Source: Macrostomum lignano
Lineage: Eukaryota
NCBI GenBank assembly: GCA_002269645.1
Contig: NIVC01000365.1
Coordinates: forward strand, 372,001 to 436,000
Reading direction: 5' to 3'
Length of the DNA: 64,000 nucleotides
This document shows, in pieces, positions 38,601-50,122 of the stretch. The notes beneath the pieces are model-generated. The model worked only from the letters and a program-made list of their open reading frames with translations, ran no database searches and was not told where the DNA came from. The position numbers and the translations under genes are program-made. The first letter of the stretch is position 1, and the number at the start of each line of letters is the position of its first letter.

Positions 38601-41199
38601 ACCTAACTCGGCTTTCCCTGCTTTTATCCTTTTTCCCCTTTGTTGGGGTTGGGATCCGCTTTCTCGGCTTGCTACCAGCTTTTCGCAACCGCTTTGACTT
38701 CAAGTTTGGCTCCTGTTTGGCGTGTTTGACACGATTATATTAAACAAAAAGTAGATCATATTTTGAGAATATCCGTGAAACTAGCTTAAACTTAACGTTG
38801 AAAAAGAAATTTGTATTTTTCTGCAGCTAAAACTGCTTTAAACTGCTCGTGCTAAAGTTTCATGAATACATTGATAATGTAATAGACGTATGTTTTAATT
38901 TATCAAAGTAAGTTATAAAAAATTTACACAAAAAATTTGCGCACATCCGACAGTGTAAGTATCCAGCTCGTTTGTGTTATAACTAGTCTATTACAACTTC
39001 TTTTTAGTGTGTTAGAACTTAGAAGTGTGAATAAGAATTGTAGAATTGTAAATGACAAGTAGAAAAAAACTGGGCAATGTAAACTACACTGGCAGCACTT
39101 TTAACTACAGCCATGCCATTACCATGCCTAGACCATGCCGCCCATGGGAATAATCAAAGTTGAACTTGAAGTAATTCAATTTTTCATTTATTTATTTTTT
39201 AAGCATTTCATTCTAACACAATAGCAAAAATTTTACTGCAATAAAATTTACCTGCTTAGGCAAAGTTAAGCATTATATATATATATGATGAATTTTGACA
39301 CATTCTTTTGAATGTCTTACATGTATGAAGAAACTTTTAAAGGCCGCCTTTAAGTATTCATTTTTAATTTGATTAGAAAAGATAAAATGTATGTGTCTTG
39401 ATTTATATGATCTAAGTGTTGTAGGGTACTTTCTTTAACAATAATATCCCCACTACTTATCACAGCAGTTGTAGGGCTATTCTAACCTCTATTTTCTGGT
39501 TTCCTAAAGCTGCCACCAAAGTTTTTGCGGGGTTAAACTTCTCTCTATTAATTAAACTTTCGTATCAATGTACTTATACTTATTAGTAGCGTGACCACTT
39601 CTCTATCTACTTCTATATTGGTAGCGTCTAGCTACTTATCTTATTGGTAGCGTTTGTATATTCACTGTACTAATTGGCCTGAGCGGTATAATGGCACTGT
39701 CTATTCCTACTATCTCTCAGTCCTGGGCGTTCCTGGGATCAGAGGGTCACAGCCTTATGCAGTTTTCCCTGCCCTGAGGCGGCTATACACTCTATAGGGT
39801 TACTGCCCTGAGGCGATTCTCGCTCCTTAGCGGTTCTGTAATTCTCCCAATAAGTGGCTTAATACTCTAAAAAATGAATTAGTCAATTTGAACAACTGCC
39901 TTTTAAAAATTTAGTAAGCACTTATTAAACTTTGCCCGCAATTGGAAGCTCGCGGCGAGTTGCTTCTCTTGGCCCGCTCGGGGCTTCTATTTATACAAAG
40001 ATTTCTCACCATTTAAAACAAATACTAATTCACGAAGTTTTCTTAGAAACATAGTGTGCAACACGAGTAATTTTACAACATTTATACAGTATTATTAATG
40101 GCCCTTCCTCATAAGTTCTAAGCAATATAGAAATCTATGGAAATATATTTCATGAAAATTTATTTCATATAAAAAAATAAAGAAAGAATGCTTATATCAA
40201 ACAAATTTTCTAGGCCTAGCAATACAGCTTTTAAATACCAAGCTATAATTGATTACAATATTAGTTTTGCAAAAAATTAAAAGGGAAATAGAGTTTAGAA
40301 ATATGTTTAATACAGCATATATTGTTAAAAATTTACATAATTTTGGGTTTATGTAGGTAAAATAATTTATCCCCATTCTCCCTTTTGACAACAATATTTT
40401 GGTGTTTGTAATAAATGCCTATATTAATGGGTTTTATTAATCACTGTGTCCATAATGATTCCTTACAATGGAGCACCACAAACAGGCACGTCCCCACCAG
40501 GGGGACAGGGAGGATACCCCCCAGTAAAAGCTCTAGGGGGGTCATGCCAATGCTTTGTCCCCCACCCCACCTTGTGAGTTGTTGTGGTTATCAATAATTT
40601 TTCTTCAGGGTGCCAAAATTACAGAGCTTACAGCGCTAAAAGATATGCCTGCCGCACCAAAATGAATGCCTGTGGCGCCAAAATGAGTGACAAAATTTAG
40701 TCATGTAAAGAAGCCTAACTTGTAGTGCAGAAAACTAATGTGCGATCAGCTGTATCCAATATTTGTATTTTTAATGCTAGACTAAAAACCATGAAATAAT
40801 AGTAAAGAAAAACTATAAGATTGGTCACTTTAGATAAACAAAAGCACCAATTCACAACTTATGGCATGCTCTTTAAACTTTATTTATATCAAAATAGCAG
40901 CATTTTTTACCTAAAAACTTAATTCTAAAGAATGTTTGTTGATACTCTACTGGTAGTAGGGATTAAAAAAATATTAAATTATAATACCAATTCAAATGTG
41001 ATTAATACTCTTCTAGTATCAAAATATCTTTCTGTCTTTTGAATATCTGTCCTGGCACAATGAACACAATTAATAAGAAGCAACTGATTTTGCGTCACAC
41101 ATCTGGACTGCATTTTTCCACTATAATTCTATCTTGCTATTATCGTTCAGCTTCGGTTTTCTTTTCTGCAAAGTCGCTTGAGTAGGAGCACGTCCTAAA

Positions 41200-42518
41200 A
41201 TGAGCACGGAAGCGAAGAGAGACCACCCAGATGTGACGCTGAAAGTGATTGGCGCTGCACCGTCACGCACTGGCACCACTTCGACAAAACGCGCCCTCGA
41301 GATGCTTCTTGGCGGGCGCTGCATGCACTTTAGCGATTTGGTATACCGACGGGATGAGCTCCCCATCTGGCTCGAGGCTACAAAGCGAGGCAGGCTGGAG
41401 AAGGTTTGCTAGATTAAGTAGACTTTTATTGTGTCATGACCTGAAACAAGTGTGACATGGTATTGATTGTAACACAAGATTCAGTGAATTGCATTCTCTA
41501 TCTCAACTGAGATATTTGTAGACTACAGTTAGCCGTGAATTGTCCCAAAATGTTACCAACTTGCCGCAGACAGAGGCTGACCGCCTGTTAAGAGGCTGCA
41601 CTGCCTGTCTCGACTTCCCAGCAGCGGCCTTCTATGAGGACCTGATGGAGCACTACCCGCACGCCAAGGTGCTGCTGACCATGCGGGACGAGTATTCTTG
41701 GGCTGCCAGCATCAGAGCCACCATCATGTACAGCATCAGGTGAATGAGACTTACTTTATGGTTTTTAGTCTAATTGATGCACAATTAATGAGTTAGCTAG
41801 TCATAAATTCAGGTAGCTTCAAGCTTCCAGGGTAGTCAAATCTGCTACTTACTTTAGCGTCTAAAAAACGAGATGATATTCGATATCGCGATATCTCGGG
41901 ACCTATACACGATTGCTTTGATCTTAGCCACGAACAACTCGTTCGAATTTCTATTTAAAAATGCATGCTTGCAACGCTTTGCACATTCAATCAAAACTGT
42001 TTCAATGTACTAAAGTAACTCATCCGTAGCGATCTTTGATCCTCCTCCATTGACAAACTGCTGGCACTCCCGCTTTCGCTTAAACTCGGAATGCACGCCT
42101 GATCGGATTCCGCAGAACCTTCGAAACTGCAATACCGCATTTTCTCCTGCGTCCATTGAACATGGAAAACGCCGGCCTGCTGATGCGGATCAACTTTGAG
42201 CTGGGCATGGGCGTGTCTCCGGACCCGAGCACCACCGACCAGGAGCTGGCAGACGCCTTGCTCAGGTATGCTCAGCAAGTTCGCGAGCGGGTGCCGCCCG
42301 ACCGGCTGCTGGAGTTCCGAGCGAGCCAAGGCTGGCAGCCGCTCTGCCAGTTTCTGGGCGGCCTCGACCAGCCTAGCGAGGAATTCCCCAGGCTAAACGA
42401 CACGAGGTACTTTAGATGCTGCATTCACGCCATCCGAGTGGTCAGCACCGTCCTTGTGGCTGCACCGCTCGCGGTTGCGGTGTCGGCCGTTTCTGTGGGA
42501 CTCTGGCTTCTTCTGTGA
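41200..42518 (+). CDS. Sulfotransferase (Sulfotransfer_4 / schistosome SULT-OR-like) with a C-terminal transmembrane anchor, 258 aa. Exons 41200-41403, 41570-41739, 42116-42518
   Basis: LKVIGAAPSRTGTTSTKRALEMLLGGRCMH, ACLDFPAAAFYEDLMEHYPHAKVLLTMRD..SWAASI, VRERVPPDRLLEFRASQGWQPLCQFLG..P.EEFPRLND. Phases are consistent (204+170+403=777 nt). Confidence 0.9.
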
Positions 42519-43394
42519 AGGCTACTTATCAACTAAAGCATAACAACAGCTTAGCAACGGCGTAACGACAGTAGTGAAACATTATAACAATTTACAAATT
42601 ATGAAAAGTTAACTACTCGTTAAGTATTTAACGCGTGGTTTTAGGAGTTTTTTAGCTATTCATGGGGGATTTCACATCAGCAGTTTGACAATATATTCTT
42701 CATTGTAGCGATTTAAAACCAGCTAGCAAGTAACCGGATACCATGCATAGTGATAACTGTAGTAAATTTAATAATTAATCTTATTGCTACTACTCATGCA
42801 ATTACCATCGATGTCAACAGTCTCATATTGGTACCCTCGTACCATTGCGTGCATGGTACTTCGCGCTTGTTATATTAATAGTACTACGAGCTATATATAG
42901 TACCTTATAGTAGTACGTTATTGGTAGTACTATAGAAAGAGGTTAACTGCATGTACACACAAGAATACGATGAACTTCATACTCTATTGTCATACATAGG
43001 TTGGAGATTCTAACGCAGGTCTATCCACGAAAACATTTTCTGCGCACTTGGATTAAAAATACTTCATATGTTTTGCCCTACAGTCTACAATAACACAATA
43101 TACTGTTGACGGCTGTCTCCTGACCTCGCAATGAGGAGAAGCTTCTAATGAGGCAATTTCTTGTTGCCGAGCCAACTCGATCTTCTTGTAGAAGTGATCG
43201 ATCACTGCACAAAAGCTAAAAGTTGGTGGAAGGAGAAATTCAGCTTCCAATCTTTTGACAATGTCTCAATTGTAAAGCTGACAGTTGCGTGGAATACACT
43301 GGGGTGCAATTCACAGCCGTCGGAGCTGCTGTACATATTTTTAGCTTAGTATACGAAATTATGATTAAGTGAAATCTGTTTCAGTGTACATATA

Positions 43395-43825
43395 CCAAAC
43401 TCATCATAAAGTGTACAGTGTTCACGAAATATTGTTCCAGACTCATCATTAACTGTACAGTATTCATGGCATATTGTACCAGACTCATCATTAACTGTAC
43501 AGTATTCATGGCATATTGTACCAGACTCATCATTAACTGTACAGTGTTCATGGCATATTGTACCAGACTCATCATTAACTGTACAGTATTCATGGCATAT
43601 TGTACCAGACTCATCATTAACTGTACAGTATTCATGGCATATTGTACCAGACTCATCATTAACTGTACAGTATATTCATGGCACATTGTACCAGACTCAT
43701 CATTAACTGTACAGTGTTCATGGCATATTGTACCAGACTCATCATTAACTGTACAGTGTTCATGGCATATTGTACCAGACTCATCATTAACTGTACAGTG
43801 TTCATGGCTACTCGTACTGTACCAG
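43395..43825. repeat. 42-bp minisatellite, about 10 units (tgtaccagactcatcattaactgtacagtattcatggcatat)
   Basis: Directly visible; intergenic. Confidence 0.95.
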
Positions 43826-44405
43826 ATTCGGGACAAACTGTACAAAAATCTAGCTACCGTATTCCGTACGCCTTACACAAGGTAAGCCCAAGGACCACTG
43901 ACAATTGGTTTTTTTATTTCAGTAATCGAGAAAAACACAATGCTTAAACCAATAGAATTGAACAGATTTTGCTCAAGTGACCGAATAATATTGACCCGTG
44001 ATTAAAAATCTACGAAATTCGTTTATTTTGACCGAAGAGTAAGGATCAATGTGTTTATAGTTACTATTAGAAGATCGAATGTATCCGAAAAGCAGATGTA
44101 TTCCGTCTTGCTTCTGCTTTTTGCAACAGTAGCTGGCAGGGCAAGTAGTGCCAATTCTTTAAGCGCCTGAAAGGAGCCCAAAGTGAACAAAACCTTTGGG
44201 AGGGAGTTTAGCGTCATTCAACAACAACAACAACAACAAAAATACGCTGTCAGTCCTTAAAGAAAACAGCATCACGGGGACGTGGACATTGTCATTCAAC
44301 TGTGCTTTTGAGTTGTTTCTGTAAAACATTGCGTCATACATTAAAAGAATCGTACAGGATTGCAAAATGTACATGATATCCGACGATTCCACACGCCACA
44401 AGCAA

Positions 44406-47400
44406 TCACACCATCGTCTTGGACTTCTCGATCCTGATGCGCCTGGTCAGGGCCAGCCAGCAGCCGGCTGTGGCCAGGTAGGCGCCTGCGGCCACCCAGG
44501 CTGTGATCACCGACCAGCCCAGGGAGGCGCTGCGGTGAGTTGAGTTGCAGAACTGCAGTGGATGATAGGATAGTTGCGGCGTTCGTATCAGTTAATTTGC
44601 AATATCCTGCTGCTGACTACCAATTCCCAGCAACGGCTGTTTTGGGCTGCTGACTCCCGATTCCCAGCAGTGTCTGTTTTGGGCTGCTGACTCCCGATTC
44701 CCAGCAGTGTCTGTTTTGGGCTGCTGACTCCCGATTCCCAGCAGTGTCTGTTTTGGGCTGCTGACTCCCGATTCCCAGCAGTGTCTGTTTTGGGCTGCTG
44801 ACTCCCGATTCCCAGCAACGTCTGTTTTGGGCTGCTGACTCCCGATTCCCAGCAACGTCTGTTTTGGGCTGCTGACTCCCGATTCCCAGCAGTGTCTGTT
44901 TTGGGCTGCTGACTCCCGATTCCCAGCAGTGTCTGTTTTGGACTGCTGACTCCCGATTCCCAACAGTGTCTGTTTTGGGCTGCTGACTCCCGATTCCCAG
45001 CAGTGTCTGTTTTGGGCTGCTGACTCCCGATTCCCAGCAGTGTCTGTTCTGGACTGCTGACTCCCGATTCCCAACAGTGTCTGTTCTGGACTGCTGACTC
45101 CCGATTCCCAACAGTGTCTGTTTTGGGCTGCTGACTCCCGATTCCCAGCAGTGTCTGTTTTGTGCTGCTGACTCCCGATTCCCAACAGTGTCTGTTTTGG
45201 GCTGCTGACTCCCGATTCCTAGCAGTGTCTGTTTTGGACTGCTGACTCCCGATTCCCAGCAGTGTCTGTTTTGGACTGCTGACTCCCGATTCCCAACAGT
45301 GTCTGTTTTGGGCTGCTGACTCCAGATTCCCAGCAGTGTCTGTTTTGGACTGCTGACTCCCGATTCCCAGCAGTGTCTGTTTTGTGCTGCTGACTCCCGA
45401 TTCCCAACAGTGTCTGTTTTGGGCTGCTGACTCCCGATTCCTAGCAGTGTCTGTTTTGGGCTGCTGACTCCCGATTCCTAGCAGTGTCTGTTCCGTCTGT
45501 CTGTCCACTTCCGTTCTTGAACAATGGAAGCATCTTGCTATTGTTCAACTGCTTCAAGAGCCGCTTCCTGCCTCATCTATTGCAACACCTTTTGTGCCGT
45601 TCCTGCCTCATGCACAGGAAAAAAACCTAAGTCAGTCTCTCTCTTCCCCCTTCATCAGCTCAGTCTGCATCTGTGGCAGCATCTGATGCTGCTGCAGCTG
45701 GTATCCTGTCTTCTCCGGTCGGAAATCGGATTGAATTTCTTCATCTAGAAGGAATTCTGATTTGGCTGATGGAATGCATTCTGCTGTTGTCGCTCCTCAC
45801 CCTGCTCCTGGATACCAATACCTTTAAGTCAACTCACCATACAGGCTGTCTCCTACCTGTAATTCTCTGCACTGCGCAGCATAAGCTATATCCTCTCCAC
45901 ACATCCCTGCCACACATGTCCATGGATGCCCTCCAATTTTTTGTCAAACTCTTTTGGCATCCTTTTTCCGCGCTCTCAGCACTCGAGCTTTCCGATCTCC
46001 GCTCTCCAGCTCTACTCACCATTTCCGGAGTCTTGATTAGAGAGTAGCAAACACACTGAGGACAGGCGTCGATCTGCGGCTTTTTAATCATCCTTGCCAC
46101 CTTCTCGTGCTGTATGGAGTTGCTGAAGACGATGAATATGCCTGGAAAACAGCCCACGCAGTTTTGACTCATTGCACAGGCACAGGTGCTATCAAAATTG
46201 AGGTGCAGAGCGGACTACGGACTTACCTGCTGTCAGGTTTAGCACGCTGGTGACCATGATCGATGGTACAACCCTGGCCAGCAGGCCGATCGCTCCCGTT
46301 ACCATGGACGCCGCTACGCATAGCAGCACTACGATGCAACACGCCATTGCATTGTTCTGCATCTCTGAAATTTGAATGCGTGCGGCACCTCTGTGCCAAA
46401 GTCACCTTTATCAGCAAATATCCTAGCTGTACTACTTGATAGTGCTTCATTTTTGTGAAACCGAAACTAGTTCTGCCTGAGTCAGACTTCACACCCTGCC
46501 CCATTACACTCCATTTCATTTGACGCGCTCACACCCTGCCCTATTCCACTCCTTCCTTTGACACCCACCTCACACCCTGCCCCATTCCACTCCATTCCTT
46601 TGACACCCACCTCACACCCTGCCCCATTCCACTCCTTCCTTTGACACCCACCTCACACCCTGCCCCATTCCACTCCTTCCTTTGACACCCACCTCACACC
46701 CTGCCCCATTCCACTCCTTCCTTTGACACCCACCTCACACCCTGCCCCATTCCACTCCTTCCTTTGACACCCACCTCACACCCTGCCCTATTCCACTCCT
46801 TCCTTTGACACCCACCTCACACCCTGCCCTATTCCACTCCTTCCTTTGACACCCACCTCACACCCTGCCCCATTCCACTCCATTCCTTTGACACCCACCT
46901 CACACCCTGCCCCATTCCACTCCATTTCTTTGACACCCACCTCACACCCTGCCCCATTCCACTCCATTCCTTTGACACCCACCTCACACCCTACCTAATT
47001 CCCCTCCTTTTCTTTGACACCCACCTAATACCCTACCCCATTCCCCTCCTTTCCCCTTCATTCTCCTTCTCGTTCTGTACATACTGCTGATGCAACGCTT
47101 TACTTACTCATAATTTGCGATTCAGATGAGTTCTCCGTCTTGTCCAGCAGATCCCGGATGCTGCTGTAACCCGATATGTAGCTGAAGCACGTATTGTTTC
47201 GAATTAGCATGCTGTATGTCGAGCAGTAGTCTGAGTAGTCCGAGTTTGTAGCGGCTGAAAGTACAGATTAGAGACCTCAATTTTCTCTTCTTCCCTCGCT
47301 TTAAAAGTGCATTTTCTTGTGTGCCCATTGTGTGACTCAGACTTGAAAGCTAATTGCCTAAAGAAAATCGGCTAGTACTGAAGTTTTTTTAAATCAATCA

Positions 47401-48127
47401 TTTCCGCTTCAAGCGACGATGCACCCACACCAGAATATTGAAAACCTGCTTGCCCCTTGCTTCCATAATGAAGTTGCTGAAACTAAGCGCCTCAGGAGAA
47501 TGGTGGATCAACTGAGGTTGAGCACCTCGGGAGAATGATGGATCAACTGAGGTTGAGCACCTCGGGAGAATGATGGATCAACTAAGGTTGAGCACCTTAG
47601 GAGAATGATGGATCAACTGAGGTTGAGCACTTCAGCAGAATGAAGAAATAACTGATGAACCTCAAGAACATGAGTGAGCTTTGAGGAGAGCACCAGAAGC
47701 TCCTGTCTTCGACGCGTCCCACAAACCCACAGGCGGAGTTCACTCGGTCGCAGAGGCTCCACATGCTGGCGTAGACATTCAGCAGGCAGAAGCCGGTCGC
47801 GGTCCCATTGGCGGTGGAGTTGCCGGCGGGCAGCAGCACCAGCCCCGTCTGCTGTCCGGACTCAGAGAACAGCGGCCGGGGCTGCTGCCACTGGGTCGAG
47901 CCCGCCGCGGCCAGAGTCCGGTTCACCTGTCCGAAGTCGAAAGTCACGGACTCCCAGTAGGCGCTGCAGACGCTCAGCGCCAGCAGCAGGCAGCTGACGC
48001 CGCTGCAGCCAGCCGCGGCCACCGCCAGGCCGCAGACCTCGGCGCCGCCGCAGGCTCCAAAACTGGGCGTGGATTTTTTCCCCTTCCCGTCTTCTCCGGT
48101 CCGTAGCCCAATCGCTGACGAAGTCAT
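44406..48127 (-). CDS. PMP-22/EMP/claudin-superfamily tetraspan membrane protein, 316 aa. Exons 48127-47731, 47254-47108, 46364-46227, 46141-46020, 44552-44406
   Basis: TM1 followed by SAYWES; claudin-like ASMWSLC..C in the first loop; TM2-3 MQNNAMACCIVVLLC...GAIGLLARVVPSIMVTSVLNLTAGIFIVF; TM4 LGWSVITAWVAAGAYL. Phases are consistent (951 nt). The exon 1 donor is the least certain. Confidence 0.8.
44608..45495. repeat. 37-bp minisatellite in intron 4 of the tetraspan gene
   Basis: Tandem units of gactcccgattcccagcagtgtctgttttgggctgct. Confidence 0.95.
46485..47045. repeat. 41-42 bp minisatellite in intron 2 of the tetraspan gene
   Basis: Tandem units of cacaccctgccccattccactccttcctttgacacccacct. 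Confidence 0.95.
47495..47635. repeat. 35-bp repeat, 4 units, in intron 1 of the tetraspan gene
   Basis: Tandem units of ggagaatgatggatcaactgaggttgagcacctcg. Confidence 0.9.
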
Positions 48128-49625
48128 GCCGCTTGCAGAGGCTGCTCAGCTGTGTCTGATCTCTCGAACTGAAAGATGTCGGATGCTGGGAGCAGTTTGA
48201 ACCGGCTCGGCCGCTATACTGTCTATAGTGGCAGCAGTGGCAAGGCCTGCACGGAGCTCTGTAGCCGTCTGTTTTTAATGAGATTCCCTCTGCCCCTCAT
48301 CTCAGTCCCCCCAAATCCTCCAGCTCCCGCACCGTCCCGACCCTCCAATCCGGCGCCTGTGGGCTGCTCAACTCCCACCGGGATAGGCCACCGGCTGGAA
48401 GGGCAGGGAAGGCAGCCCCCGGTCAGCAGCCCTCTGCCCCGGTGCGCTGTTTATGCTCACTCGCTCCCTCTCGCCTCGCCCAACGCTGCCCCCCCCCCAG
48501 CAGACGGTCTCTCCAGCCTCCATCTGCGTCCCCAATTGCTGTTTTTGTCATCAGCTCCACACTCTGCATTTCCTCTCGGCCTTTCCCTAACCACTCCATT
48601 TTACCATTTCATCTCCGGCAGGCAGAGCAGCTCCCAGACCTCCATCAGTTGTGTTACCAGCGAGTTGCCTTGGCAACGGGGCTAAAATTACCCACGCAAC
48701 TCTTGCGTGTGTGCATACCATCGCTTTATTTGTGGTATAATATTGAATATTTTGGTTTGAGATGCGATGAGATTGATGAGATGTGACGAAATGAGACGCG
48801 AGACCGCGAGACCGCGGCCCGGTCTGAAACTGCTGCAGACAGTTTGGCCTTGAAATTGGCCCACATCAGTCCGGCTCCGCTCAATGCATGGCTTTGGGAA
48901 GGCAAACATGCGTGCCCTCAGGGGGGCGTTAGCTGCAGCCTGCGAGAGCTGAGCACGTGAAGCAGAAATAATCGATCCAGTTTTGGCCGCTTCGTGATTC
49001 AACTTTCTCTGAGCATGCAGAGTGAGGGGGAGAGAGTAGAGCTGGGGGAGAGGAGTGGAAAAGTCTGCCTAGAGACTAATTGCATGGTTACCGCTCCCAG
49101 AGGAGTGCAGTACTGGAATTTCCCCCAGCCTGGTAACGCACTAATATGCGGCTAAAGCTTTACGAATGCCCATAACTTCCCATTAGCTGCTATATGGTGA
49201 GAACTGTAATTAGTGCTTTTCATTTAATTAGGAGGCAAGCTGAGCGAAATTTAACAAACCTGATGCATTCTTCCTCCACCAATTATCATTTCAAAATCGC
49301 TCAAAATGCACGGGTTTAATTAAAATATGAATCGCGTATTAAATGCAGATGGAATGACGACTAATTGTGCGACTAATGAAGTCGGGTCTGCTCAGACTGG
49401 GACTGTGTATTTAAAAAAAATTAATAACAGAAATAGGCATTGAAAACACAGGGGGGGGCATTGCGTTCTACTTGAGAGTAGCATGAAAAGAACATTGTGA
49501 ACCGGTGTACTGTGTGCATTGGTTGGGCGCTGCATGCTTTCGATTTCGACCGAATTCACAACGGGCAAAATGTTAATAGAGAATTTCAATTTCACCAACA
49601 AGTGGAGGCAGCAAATATGAATTAT

Positions 49626-49626
<1 letters not shown>

Positions 49627-49661
<35 letters not shown>

Positions 49662-49692
49662 GTAATAACAATAATAATAATAGTAATAATAC
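49627..49692. repeat. (AAT)n microsatellite
   Basis: Directly visible. Confidence 0.9.
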
Positions 49693-50122
49693 TGAATTGA
49701 CTTCACAAAGTGCGCCAGGCTACTCTGGCATATATTCGTATGGGAAATATCCTATTTTAAGTACAACAAGCACTTCAAGCTTCATGCAGTGTTCCGGATA
49801 AAGAGTTGGGGTGCAATTTGTGACGAGAAAATCACATCACACACTACTGGCCAATGCTTAGTACAAATAGTATGAGACGGTCATGAAAAATCAACAACTT
49901 CTACTCAAAGGCTGACAAGGCGAGTGAAACGAATGAATTTCAACAAACTGTATTCGAGATTCAGATAAAATCGCTGGCCGATATGTTTCGAAAGTATTGA
50001 TAGTGACGCTTTACAAAAAGCCGACTCATACTACTGGACCAGATGAACAGTAGTAGAACGTAAATGATTGTCTATAAAATGTGCGCGAATTGTTGCGCAA
50101 TAACCAATTGTTGGCGCCTCAT

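Noticed and set aside
38740-41050. Second AT-rich block as another CpG desert
   Set aside because: It contains noticeably more CpGs (e.g. 39520-39990) and looks like mixed old repeat fragments that I cannot classify.
49392-49706. Poly-Tyr / poly-Ile ORFs
   Set aside because: Translation of an (AAT)n microsatellite.
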